Program-made: the position numbers and the translations under genes | Notes under the pieces: generated by a model | Seen by the model: only the letters and a program-made list of their open reading frames with translations | Databases searched by the model: none | Told to the model about the DNA's origin: nothing | DNA from: an uncultured bacterium | GTDB taxonomy: Bacteria; Eisenbacteria; RBG-16-71-46; CAIMUX01 | DNA: 64,000 nucleotides | NCBI GenBank assembly: GCA_964636385.1 | Contig: CAZWSC010000010.1 | Span: forward strand, 12,159 to 76,158 | Direction: 5' to 3' | Shown: in pieces, positions 23,393-32,788 of the stretch | Layout: every line of letters begins with the position of its first letter | Numbering within the stretch: position 1 is the stretch's first letter

Positions 23393-24334
23393 TCAGTTTC
23401 TCGCACAACGAAACCCGTATGCGGGGTGTCGTTCGTGCGGGTGGCCGCTGTCGCGGTGGGCGCAGCGGAGGTTGTGCGTGGCACTGCCCCACGAGCCGCC
23501 GCGAAACACCCGGCAGCACTCGTTGGGGGTTATCGGCGGATTCTCCCGGCCGTCGTCCGGGTCATAGGGGTAGCTCGCGTACTTCGTGCTGCACCACTCC
23601 CAGACATTCCCGGCCAGATCGTAGAGCCCGTATGGGCCCGGGCTGTCGATCGTCTGGTAGCCGTCGTGATTGCTGCCGTCGTAGTATCCGACAGGCGTTG
23701 TCCAGCCGTTGTTCTGATACGGGTCGCCACTCTGCCAGTAGTTCGCCCGTGGCCCGCTGATCCCCTCGCCCCAGGGGTAGGTCGGGGTGTTCGGAGAGGG
23801 CCCCCTGGCAGCCTTCTCCCACTCGGCCTCGGTGGGCAACCGCGTCCCTGCCCAGCGGCACCAGGCGTCCGCTTCCCACCAGGAGACGCCGTTCACCGGG
23901 AAGCCCTCGTTCCCGGGGATCCCGCCACCGTGATACTGATTGCTGTTCCAGTTCTCCGGCAGCGTGATGTTGCCGGCCACCCGCCAGTCCCAGCCGACCG
24001 GGTTCCACCATGCAGGGTTGCTGTATCCACCGGCGTCGATGAACTCCCTGTACTCCCCGTTCGTCACCTCGTACTTGCCGATCCAGAAGCCGTCAACCCA
24101 CACATCGTGGACCGGCTCGGCGATCCCGGACTGCCCCAGCCGCACTTCGCCGGCCGGGATCCAGATCATGTTCCTGGGAGTTTCCTGGAACGTCAGGCTG
24201 TCGATCTCTGATGCCGTGAACTCGGAGTAGGTATCACCCCTGTGAACTCTGACCCTCCACTCGGTGTCGTCTGCCGCGGCAGTGAAGGCCAACAGCGCAA
24301 GAGGTGCAGCAGCCATCAGAACCAATCTACTCAT
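23393..24334 (-). CDS. Secreted FGE-sulfatase/CLec-fold protein (paralog 2)
   Basis: Signal peptide; KYEVTNGEY, RLPTEAEWEKAARG, GNVWEW, RGGSW...GFRC. Confidence 0.9.
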   Translation of the reverse strand: MSRLVLMAAAPLALLAFTAAADDTEWRVRVHRGDTYSEFTASEIDSLTFQETPRNMIWIPAGEVRLGQSGIAEPVHDVWVDGFWIGKYEVTNGEYREFIDAGGYSNPAWWNPVGWDWRVAGNITLPENWNSNQYHGGGIPGNEGFPVNGVSWWEADAWCRWAGTRLPTEAEWEKAARGPSPNTPTYPWGEGISGPRANYWQSGDPYQNNGWTTPVGYYDGSNHDGYQTIDSPGPYGLYDLAGNVWEWCSTKYASYPYDPDDGRENPPITPNECCRVFRGGSWGSATHNLRCAHRDSGHPHERHPAYGFRCARN

Positions 24335-24507
24335 CCGGCTTCTCCCTTCCAGGAACAGCCTGCACCAGATCACCCGACGCGATGCGAGACGCCCTGACGG
24401 CGCAGCAATGCGCAGCGTCACTGCCACCGTCACCACCATGACCATATGCAAGTATAGCGCAATAGCGACCAGGGTTCAACGCCGGTGTGGCGGCCGGGCC
24501 GCCCGGG

Positions 24508-25704
24508 CTACCCGCGCTCCAGAAGCTCCAACCGGTGGTAGTCGAAGACCTTCCCGCCGCGAAGCACGTGGTCCAGGAAGAGGGCCAGCTTCCCGTTCTG
24601 CAGTAGATCCGCAAGCCCGCCATCCTCGGCCAGAAAGAGGAGCTTCGACTCCAGGTAGGCCTGGTGGAGATTGCGCCGTCGGTTGAACACCTTCTTCTCC
24701 CCCAGCAGCCACTCGTCGTAGAGGGATGCAGCGGCCTCCAGCCGGCGCACCGGCTTGCCCGCCCTCCTGTATAACTGCGCCATGTGGCTCAACAGGACGT
24801 GCACCTCGTCGTACCGGGGAAGACGGCCGCGATAGACGCGGTGCGGGAGGAGGTTGTCCAGCCCAGCCTCGCGGAAGACGGCTCTGGCCCGGCGGTCGAG
24901 TTCGCACGAGTATGCGGCAACGGGCGCGCCGGAGTCGCGGTTCTCCGAATAGAGATTCGTGTACAAAGGGACCAGATCCGGCCTGCAGCGCTTCAGCGTC
25001 TCGAAGAAGAACCCCTTCTGGCGCCCCGGCCGCAGTGTCAAACCGCCGAACATGACCACGTCCACGCCGATCGCAGAGAGGCGCTGCGCCATGGCTGCAA
25101 GATCGGCAGCCGAATCGGAGATCCCGGGGAGTATCGGCATTACCACCGCACCGGTTACACATCCCAGCCTGCGGAACTCCGCCAGTATCTGCAGGCGCTC
25201 CTCCACGGCAGCGGCGCGGGGTTCGAACTCACGGCGCACATCCTCGTCGAGTGTCTGAATCGAGAGCATGAGTATGAACCCGGCGCGCTCGTGAACCTCC
25301 TTCCAGACGGGAGCGTCGCGGAGTACGAGGCCGGACTTGGTCAGCAGCGAGACCGGCATCGAGTGCTCCGCGAGGATCCGGGCCGAGCGGCCTGTCAGGT
25401 TGAACTCCGCCTCGCAGGGCTGATAGCAGTCGCTAACCCCGGAGCCCAGGCGCACGATCCCCTTTTCGCGCAGGCGGGACAGCTCCTTTTTAAGGACCTC
25501 GGGGGCGTTCGTCCGGACAACGATGTCGCGCTCGAAGTCGCCCTCCACCCAGTAGCGTTCCGCCCGGCCGTCGCAGTAGGAGCAGCCGTGGGCGCAGGCC
25601 TGGTATGGCGAGTAGCTGTACTTGCCGACGAAGTACGAGTCGCACAGGTCGCGCCTGCGAAGGACCGCCTTGACGTCGCGCTGGTGGAAGCTCGTCCCGT
25701 CCAC
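24508..25704 (-). CDS. Radical SAM protein (SplB/Rv2578c-like)
   Basis: SPYQACAHGCSYC (CxxxCxxC), SDCYQP, LTKS, FEP, PILPGISD. Confidence 0.85.
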   Translation of the reverse strand: MDGTSFHQRDVKAVLRRRDLCDSYFVGKYSYSPYQACAHGCSYCDGRAERYWVEGDFERDIVVRTNAPEVLKKELSRLREKGIVRLGSGVSDCYQPCEAEFNLTGRSARILAEHSMPVSLLTKSGLVLRDAPVWKEVHERAGFILMLSIQTLDEDVRREFEPRAAAVEERLQILAEFRRLGCVTGAVVMPILPGISDSAADLAAMAQRLSAIGVDVVMFGGLTLRPGRQKGFFFETLKRCRPDLVPLYTNLYSENRDSGAPVAAYSCELDRRARAVFREAGLDNLLPHRVYRGRLPRYDEVHVLLSHMAQLYRRAGKPVRRLEAAASLYDEWLLGEKKVFNRRRNLHQAYLESKLLFLAEDGGLADLLQNGKLALFLDHVLRGGKVFDYHRLELLERG

Positions 25705-25712
25705 GGCAGCGA

Positions 25713-27494
25713 TCAGCGCAGGACGATCATGGGGACCGTGCCGGTCGCATCCACTGTGCGGAGGCGGACCCAGTAGACCCCGGTGGTCAGCCGCTCGGTG
25801 CCCCTCAGCGCGAGCCGGTCCCAGGTCGAGCCCGAGGAGGGGAAGAGCCCGCCCATCAGGCGACGTCCCGTAACGTCGACGACATCCCAGGCCACCGGGT
25901 CTCCCATCCCGGGCGGAGATTCCCAGAGGATGTCCCGGTCGGACATGCCCGGATTCGGGGCCAGGCGGAAGCGAAGAGGCTCGCCCCGAACGGTACCGAG
26001 GCCTATCTCCTCGACTGAAGCGATGGGCGGCGATGCCTCAACGGTCCTCCTGCTCCACCTTGTGAGTGTCGCGAAGGAGCCCTCCATCGCATCCTCGACT
26101 CCGCCGGACGGATCGGCGATCCAGAGATCCCAGAGGAGCCGGTCCGCATGAGGGGTGATCCCCGGATCCAGCAGTCCGCCCGGAGCGGCCGGATCCAGGA
26201 TCGGCAGGCGGAAGCCATGGCCGGCGGCTGGAGCCCAGACCTCCCAGAGGGTGCGGCCGGCACGGTGGTCCTCGGGCTGAAGCCTGAATGTCGAAACAGC
26301 CCAGGTCGGATCTGCGGCTGCCCCCCCTGCGGTGACGTCGCCCCATGCGAACTCGTCGCCGAACTGAAGGACGTCGGGGATCCTGTACAAGCTGTCGAGT
26401 CTCCTGGAGGCCGGCAGGGTCAGGGGAGTGCGGTCGACAATCCCCGCCTGGAACAGGCGTGCGGGCGAGCTGTCGGAGTAGTAGCCGGCGACGTAGGGCA
26501 CGGCATCGGCAAGGTCACCCGACGGGTTCAGGCCGGCCAGCACAAGGGACCCGAGCGTATCCGCGGATGCCGTCTTTGCGTCGAAGAAGAGCGAGCGGAC
26601 AGCGCCGTCCCCGGGGAGATCCGCAACCGAGGTGAAGAAGACCTCGGATCCCGGGGGGGCTCCGGGCATCGAGACCTCGAGCCCGGCGACCAGCGGGATG
26701 TCGGCGCGGACCATGAGCTCGGTATCGCCCTGCACGTGCACACCGCGCCTGACCCCTGCGCTCCGCATGGTCATGGCGTCAAGCGAGATCCCCCCGAGGG
26801 CGAGGGAGGAGAGCGGCACGCGCCCGGATGCCACGAACACGTCGCAGATCCCGCCTGTCGGAATGAAGAAACGGTACTGCGGCCTGGAGAAACGCATGAA
26901 CATGTACTCGGTCTGACCCGGGATCACGATGTTGCCCGGCAGGATCGATGGTCCGGCCAGCGGCAGGTAGACGGTGTCGGAAGGAACCTCGAAGGTCAGC
27001 TCACGGCCGAAGAGGAGGGATGACAGCGACACCGTCGGGTAGACGATCCCGACGTCGATGTAGCCGTCGTAGCTGCGGGCCTCGATCCCGTCCACCTGCC
27101 CCCTCACCTCCGCTCTCTGCCCGGGCAGACCGGCGGACGGCGCATCAGCGTGCAGCCGCAGTGTGATCGACCCCTCGGCGGCTTCGATCACGCTTAGGAG
27201 GGAGTACCCCCCGGCCCCGGCAGTCACGGTCTGATGGCCTACGAGGAAGGGGCTGTCGAAGACGGCCTTCCCATCGCCATCGCTCCAGGTCCAGTTCCCG
27301 ACGAACGGATCCCCGGGACCTGGACCGACCTGCACATACGCACCGGTCACGGGCGCCCCGGTTCGGGAATCCAGCACCGTTATCTCCAGCGTATCCGAAT
27401 GCGCGGGCGTAAAGGCAAGAGTGGAGAGCATTGCAGGCGCGAAAGCGGGGGCAAGTCGCAGGATCCGCATCCCCGAATGCAGCCAGTGGCGCAT
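25713..27494 (-). CDS. Secreted protein with degenerate T9SS-type C-terminal domain
   Basis: Signal peptide, carboxypeptidase-regulatory-like N-domain, C-terminal APNP...DVTGRR...GVYWVRL. Confidence 0.7.
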   Translation of the reverse strand: MRHWLHSGMRILRLAPAFAPAMLSTLAFTPAHSDTLEITVLDSRTGAPVTGAYVQVGPGPGDPFVGNWTWSDGDGKAVFDSPFLVGHQTVTAGAGGYSLLSVIEAAEGSITLRLHADAPSAGLPGQRAEVRGQVDGIEARSYDGYIDVGIVYPTVSLSSLLFGRELTFEVPSDTVYLPLAGPSILPGNIVIPGQTEYMFMRFSRPQYRFFIPTGGICDVFVASGRVPLSSLALGGISLDAMTMRSAGVRRGVHVQGDTELMVRADIPLVAGLEVSMPGAPPGSEVFFTSVADLPGDGAVRSLFFDAKTASADTLGSLVLAGLNPSGDLADAVPYVAGYYSDSSPARLFQAGIVDRTPLTLPASRRLDSLYRIPDVLQFGDEFAWGDVTAGGAAADPTWAVSTFRLQPEDHRAGRTLWEVWAPAAGHGFRLPILDPAAPGGLLDPGITPHADRLLWDLWIADPSGGVEDAMEGSFATLTRWSRRTVEASPPIASVEEIGLGTVRGEPLRFRLAPNPGMSDRDILWESPPGMGDPVAWDVVDVTGRRLMGGLFPSSGSTWDRLALRGTERLTTGVYWVRLRTVDATGTVPMIVLR

Positions 27495-27560
27495 CGTATG
27501 CCCTCCGGAGAAGATGCTCATTCCGATCTGCGTCCGCCGGGCTTCGTGCAGCATCGATCC

Positions 27561-27576
27561 CGCAAGTAGAGTTCCG
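27561..27576 (-). promoter_or_regulatory. sigma54-like promoter
   Basis: CGGAACTCTACTTGCG (GG-N8-TTGC) about 70 nt upstream of the ATG. Confidence 0.45.
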
Positions 27577-27615
27577 AACATGAAGCACTCTGCCGTAACC
27601 GCAGCCGCCCGCGCA

Positions 27616-28743
27616 TTATTGCACGATGTGGCCGCGCGTCGCCACCGCGGAGATGGCCGTGCCTCGATTCCAGGCCTGCAGGTGATACCAGGCCGGCCGT
27701 GCTACACCGTTGACCTCCCTGACGCCGAGCGAGCGAAGCCGGCGGGCATACGCGGCCTGCATCAGGGGCTCGTCAGGATGCCTCCTGCGCGACTCAGGCT
27801 CGGCCAGCAGCAAGTGCCAGTCATGGAGGCAGAACCAGATGGCGCCTAACAGGTTGGCGGGGCGGGCAGCCAGGTAGCGGGTCAGGAGACGGGCGAACTC
27901 CTCCTGCGGCACACCGGACTCCACGTCCCCGGGGTATCCCGTCTCGGCGATCACGACGCGCACACCGGAGAACCTGCCGACAGCCTCCCGCACAAGATCA
28001 ACCGTCTCAACCGGACTCAGGACCAGTGAGTAATCCGGATCCCTTCCGTAGACCGAGAGCCCGAGCAGATCGACATGCCCCGCAAGGGAGTCTGCGATGT
28101 CCAGTCTCCCGCCCAGGACGGATTCGCGATAGCTGATGGTCACACCGACCGGCGTGTCGACTCCGAACGAGCGAAGACGCCCTCTCACCTCCTCGAGGAG
28201 GCCGATGAATCCGGCCAGTTCGCCACGGTTGCCGGCGAAGTAGGCATCCACCTCCCGGCCCAGCCAGAAGACGGTGTTGCCGGGTTGAAGGTGTGCGTCG
28301 AGGTCGCGCAGGAACATCGCCAGACGCGCCTGAAGGGTGGGATCGTCCCAGTGACGGTCTGTCAGGTCGGTTGGAAGGGCGCCGCGAACCTCCTTGTCCA
28401 TGAGCAGAACCTGGGTGATGAGGGGCAACCCACGAACACGCCCCTGGTAGGCATGGTGCTCCGTCTCAGCCCAGTTGCGCGCCCCCGCATAAGGCTCCAC
28501 ATCGCCCCACTCAACGCCGAACTGAGCGCACGAGAACCCTCCTCTGTTCACGGTCGAGTAGGTCTCGGAGAGGTTGCGATCGGTGCCGGGTCCGTCCCGG
28601 TGGTTAACGACAATCCCAAGGAATGCGGGGTCATGAACCGGGTCGGTTTGATCGCTCTCCGTACAGGAAGCGGCAAGGATCAGCGCAGCCGTCGAGACGG
28701 CCGCACAGAACATCCGACCCGAACTTTTCAGGTTCGGGAGCAT
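27616..28743 (-). CDS. Lipoprotein with glycoside-hydrolase-like TIM barrel
   Basis: Lipobox AASC; WGDVEP, LGREVD, VVIAETGYP (clan GH-A-like Glu positions), LG...G.ARPAW. Confidence 0.6.
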   Translation of the reverse strand: MLPNLKSSGRMFCAAVSTAALILAASCTESDQTDPVHDPAFLGIVVNHRDGPGTDRNLSETYSTVNRGGFSCAQFGVEWGDVEPYAGARNWAETEHHAYQGRVRGLPLITQVLLMDKEVRGALPTDLTDRHWDDPTLQARLAMFLRDLDAHLQPGNTVFWLGREVDAYFAGNRGELAGFIGLLEEVRGRLRSFGVDTPVGVTISYRESVLGGRLDIADSLAGHVDLLGLSVYGRDPDYSLVLSPVETVDLVREAVGRFSGVRVVIAETGYPGDVESGVPQEEFARLLTRYLAARPANLLGAIWFCLHDWHLLLAEPESRRRHPDEPLMQAAYARRLRSLGVREVNGVARPAWYHLQAWNRGTAISAVATRGHIVQ

Positions 28744-29006
28744 CGGGATCTCCTCATATGGCTGCCTCCCCGGATGAGCCGCCGGCGGGCCAGGCCGGGT
28801 GGAACGCGAGCGTCGATCGATCCCAAGCCTCATCCCGCACTGTCACGCGAATCAGACAGGATCCGGATCTCCATGTCAATCATCAGGATTGGACGCAGTA
28901 CCCCCCCGGCTCCGCGAATCCGGGGGGACGGCAGGGTCGGCCGCGGGGCGGGGCCACGGCATCCGGCGCAGCATCAACAAGACGCTGCTGAAGGATTCGA
29001 TGATCG

Positions 29007-29034
29007 TTGAAAGATCCGGCGCATCGGGTACAAT
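29007..29034 (+). promoter_or_regulatory. sigma70-type promoter for glnA-gatE-gatD
   Basis: TTGAAA-N16-TACAAT. Confidence 0.5.
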
Positions 29035-29091
29035 CGCGAGACTGTCTTCGGATCTGAAAATGAGGGCTGTGGACGACGTGAGGAGGTAGAC

Positions 29092-30555
29092 ATGCCGACA
29101 ACCGGCCGCAATTCCGCCATGAACGACCCCATCTCCGGGCTGTACCAGATGGCCGACAGACACGAGGTCCAGATGGTTGACCTGAAGTTCTGCGGACTGC
29201 TCGGCCGCTGGCACCACGTTACGCTGCCGGCCTCCAGGCTCGAGCCTGACCTCTTCAAGTACGGGATGCCGTTCGACGGCTCCAGCGTCAAGGGGTTCAA
29301 GCACACCGAGTCGAGCGACATGATCATGATCCCGGACCCGTCCACCGCATTGCTGGACCCGTTCTGGGAAGTTCCGACCATCTCCATCCGCTGCGAGCTG
29401 CGCGACGGCCGCACGGGCAACCCGATCACACGGGACCCCGTCTCCATCGCCAGGCGCGCGGAGGAGTACCTGAAGTCGCTCGGATTCGCCGACAGGGCGA
29501 TGATGGGCCCCGAGTATGAGTTCTACATCTTCGACTCGGTGCGCCACCAGTGCGATACCAACTTCGCGTTCCACAACTTCGATTCGGTCTCCGGCGAGTG
29601 GAACACGGGAAGCGAGCGTGAGGCGCACGACCTCCCCGTCCTCGGCATGCCGATCAAGGGGGGATACCACGCCATCCCGCCCAGGGATCGTCTGTACAAC
29701 CTGCGCAGCGATATGGTGCAGCTGATCGAGACCTCCGGCATCCCGGTCAAGTACCACCATCACGAAGGCGGCGGCGCCGGCCAGTCGGAGATCGAGGTGC
29801 TCCTCCAGCCGCTGAGCATCGCGGCCGATCACGCAATGATCATCAAGTACATCGTGCGCAACGTGGCCGACCGGGCGGGCAAGGTGGCCACCTTCATGCC
29901 CAAGCCGCTGTACAACGCCCCGGGCAGCGGCATGCACGTCCACCAGCACCTCTTCATGGGCGACAAGCCGCTCTTCTGGGACGACAACGGGTACGCCAAC
30001 CTTAGCGAGATTGCGCTTCACTACATCGGCGGCCTTCTCGAGCACGCTCCCGCGCTTCTCGCCCTCACAAATCCGAGCACGAACAGCTACAAGCGTCTCG
30101 TACCCGGATTCGAGGCGCCGGTCCATGTGATCTTCGGCCTTGCGAACCGGACGGCGGCGGTCCGCATCCCCGACGACGGGCGGACACCGGAATCAAGGAG
30201 GATCGAGTTCCGGCCCGGAGATGCCACCGGGAACATCTACCTGATGCTGTCGGCGATGCTGATGGCCGGGCTGGACGGCATCCAGAGGAAGATCGACCCG
30301 CGCGAGGAGGGGTTCGGGCCGTTCGACCGCCCGATCGGCGAAGCATCCGAGAGCGATCGCAAGCGGATCCGCACTCTGCCGCTGGATCTCGACTCGGCTC
30401 TCGACGCCCTCGAAAAGGACCACCTGTTCCTGCTGGAAGGCGGGGTTTTCGACGAACCGACCCTGCGGACATGGATCGACCTGAAGCGGCGTGACGTCCT
30501 GGACGTCCGGAACCGGCCGCATCCCCGCGAGACGGCCCTCTACCTTGATGTCTGA
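29092..30555 (+). CDS. glnA: Glutamine synthetase type I
   Basis: FDGSS, GPEYEF, HHHE, TFMPKP, GSGMHVHQ, NSYKRLVPGFEAP, NRTAAVRIP, RIEFR. Confidence 0.95.
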   Translation: MPTTGRNSAMNDPISGLYQMADRHEVQMVDLKFCGLLGRWHHVTLPASRLEPDLFKYGMPFDGSSVKGFKHTESSDMIMIPDPSTALLDPFWEVPTISIRCELRDGRTGNPITRDPVSIARRAEEYLKSLGFADRAMMGPEYEFYIFDSVRHQCDTNFAFHNFDSVSGEWNTGSEREAHDLPVLGMPIKGGYHAIPPRDRLYNLRSDMVQLIETSGIPVKYHHHEGGGAGQSEIEVLLQPLSIAADHAMIIKYIVRNVADRAGKVATFMPKPLYNAPGSGMHVHQHLFMGDKPLFWDDNGYANLSEIALHYIGGLLEHAPALLALTNPSTNSYKRLVPGFEAPVHVIFGLANRTAAVRIPDDGRTPESRRIEFRPGDATGNIYLMLSAMLMAGLDGIQRKIDPREEGFGPFDRPIGEASESDRKRIRTLPLDLDSALDALEKDHLFLLEGGVFDEPTLRTWIDLKRRDVLDVRNRPHPRETALYLDV

Positions 30556-30568
30556 TCGGGAGGAACGA

Positions 30569-32788
30569 ATGGCCTTGCACAAGGGCGGGATTCTGGATCG
30601 ATCGCTCTATGACGGGAAGCTGCGGAAGCCGGAGTTCTACGAGAGGATCGGCTTCCGGTGCGGACTGGAGGTGCACCAGCAGCTCCTGACCGAACGCAAG
30701 CTCTTCTGTCACTGTCCGGCGCGCCTCTACTCCGAGGACCATGACGCAGCGGTCTTCCGACATATGCGCCCCACGCTTTCGGAGCTGGGCGAGTACGACG
30801 GTACGGCACTCATGGAGTTCAAGACGCGCAAGGAGGTCCTTTACCTCCTGGACTCCTGCTCGGTCTGCACCTACGAAATGGACGACACCCCGCCGTTCGA
30901 GCCCAATCCCGAGGCGATCACCATCGCCGTCGAGATCGCTCTCCTCCTGGGATGCCGGACCGTCGGAGAGGTGCACGTCAGCCGCAAACAGTACCTTGAC
31001 GGATCCATCCCCACGGGATTCCAGCGCACGGCCATCATCGGCGTCGAGGGGTCGATCCCCTTCGGGGGGCGCGATATCGGGATCTACCAGCTCGCCCTCG
31101 AGGAGGACTCCTGCCGGGAGGTGGAGGATATCGGGCACCGGATCACATTCCGGACGGACCGGCTCTCTATGCCGCTGGTGGAGGTGGTCACGAAGCCCGG
31201 GATTCTGAACCCGATGGAGGCCGAGCTGGTTGGCCGCCAGATCGGCCGGCTGCTCCGCTGCACAGGCCATGTGCGAAGGGGTATCGGAAGCGTCAGGCAG
31301 GATGTGAATGTGAGTATTGAAGGCGGAACCAGGATCGAGATCAAGGGCGTTCCCCGCCTCCCACTCTTCCCTTCACTTACACACAACGAGGCGCTGAGGC
31401 AGGCGGGGCTGCTGGCGATCCGCGACTGGCTGCACGGGCAGGGGATCACGGCCGAAAACCTCGAGGGTCCTTCGGCGGATGTGACGGAGTTGCTGGCGCA
31501 GACCACCTGCCCGGGAATCCTCCGCGCCCTGGAGGAAGGGCACCACGTCCGGGCAATGGCCCTGCGGGGGTTCCAGCCGGCCCTTCTCGAGGAGATCCAG
31601 CCCGGCATCCGCTTCGCCCAGGAGTTCAGCGGGCGCATCCGTGTGATCGCCTGCCTAGACCAGTCCTCCAACCTCTTCATCCGCGGGGATGACCTCGGCC
31701 TTGGGCTGCACAGGCACCACCGCGTCCGCAGGGCCGGGCAGGATGCGGACTGCGGGGTTGAGCAGTCGCTGCTGCCGGGGCTGGAGCCTGCATTCGCGGA
31801 GCAGCAGCCTGTGATGCAGGATCCGGAGCACGGCCCGACACCGGCCGAGTGGGCAGTCGTCGCAGCGGAGCTGAAGGCCGGACCCGAAGACGGCATCCTG
31901 ATCTTCTTCGGTCCCGAAAGGGATGTCGTCACTGCGGAGGCGGAGATCCTGATCAGGGCAAGGGAGGCGCTGGAAGGGATCCCGAACGAGACGCGGCAAC
32001 CTTTCCCCTCGGGGACGACCGATTTCGAGCGGATCCTCCCCGGGCCCGACAGGATGTACCCCGACACCGATCTGCCGCCAATCGCCCTCCGCGAAGAGCT
32101 TGTACAGGGGATCGCGGCCAACCTGCCCGAACTCCCCTGGAAGCGTGCAGGGCGGTACGCGGCGATGGGGCTCGGCCCTGTTGCGGTTGATCAGCTGGTG
32201 GACGGCCCGTTCTCCGATGCGTTCGACCAGGCTGTTGCGCAGACCGGCCTGGATCCGAAGTCCGGCCACAGGCTCTTTGCCTGCGAAGCCCCCGCAGCGA
32301 TGCGTCGGGGTCACGCAGTAGCCGCCATACCCGAGGCGGTGTGGATGGAGCTGGCGGGGAGATGGGCCGCGGGCGGCTTCTACAGGGAGGCGCTCCCCAC
32401 CCTTCTGCCGAAGCTTGCCGCGGAGTGTGCGGCCACTCCCTCAGGAAACGGCGGCGATGCCAGTCCTGATCCGAATCCCGGCCCGGATGCGGAAGTGGCC
32501 CGCGCTGTACTGCACAGGGCCCTGCAGGAGCTGGGGCTCAACGCCGGCGTCCCTGAGTCCGATCTCATCGCGAAGGCAGGGAAGACCGCGGCTGCGGAAG
32601 CACCTGCGCTCTGCGTGCGGATCCGCAGGGGCGACAGGCAGGCGAAGTGTGAGAGAGCCCTCACGGGCGTGCTGCGCGCGAAGTATGGCGGCCTCATCGC
32701 CGGCCGTGAACTGAGGAGGATAGCCACAGACGCCGTCTCGGCCGCATTCGCGAAGAACCGGGCCGGCAGGGAAAGGAGCAAGGCGTGA
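30569..32788 (+). CDS. gatE: Glu-tRNA(Gln) amidotransferase subunit E
   Basis: GLEVHQQL, KLFC, RPTLSELGEYD, DGS.PTGFQRT, LEEDS, RRGIGSVRQDVNVSI, EIKGV, AspRS-like insertion, ETR...PG..RMYP.TD. Confidence 0.93.
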   Translation: MALHKGGILDRSLYDGKLRKPEFYERIGFRCGLEVHQQLLTERKLFCHCPARLYSEDHDAAVFRHMRPTLSELGEYDGTALMEFKTRKEVLYLLDSCSVCTYEMDDTPPFEPNPEAITIAVEIALLLGCRTVGEVHVSRKQYLDGSIPTGFQRTAIIGVEGSIPFGGRDIGIYQLALEEDSCREVEDIGHRITFRTDRLSMPLVEVVTKPGILNPMEAELVGRQIGRLLRCTGHVRRGIGSVRQDVNVSIEGGTRIEIKGVPRLPLFPSLTHNEALRQAGLLAIRDWLHGQGITAENLEGPSADVTELLAQTTCPGILRALEEGHHVRAMALRGFQPALLEEIQPGIRFAQEFSGRIRVIACLDQSSNLFIRGDDLGLGLHRHHRVRRAGQDADCGVEQSLLPGLEPAFAEQQPVMQDPEHGPTPAEWAVVAAELKAGPEDGILIFFGPERDVVTAEAEILIRAREALEGIPNETRQPFPSGTTDFERILPGPDRMYPDTDLPPIALREELVQGIAANLPELPWKRAGRYAAMGLGPVAVDQLVDGPFSDAFDQAVAQTGLDPKSGHRLFACEAPAAMRRGHAVAAIPEAVWMELAGRWAAGGFYREALPTLLPKLAAECAATPSGNGGDASPDPNPGPDAEVARAVLHRALQELGLNAGVPESDLIAKAGKTAAAEAPALCVRIRRGDRQAKCERALTGVLRAKYGGLIAGRELRRIATDAVSAAFAKNRAGRERSKA

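Noticed and set aside
21625-24500. Complete diversity-generating retroelement
   Set aside because: No reverse transcriptase or AAC-rich template repeat is visible. The two 3' ends differ at non-adenine and synonymous positions, so they are not a TR/VR pair.
28961-29056. Glutamine riboswitch upstream of glnA
   Set aside because: Only a 7-bp AGATCCG/CGGATCT pair and a 10-bp direct repeat, both overlapping the predicted promoter; no recognisable glnA-motif three-way junction.
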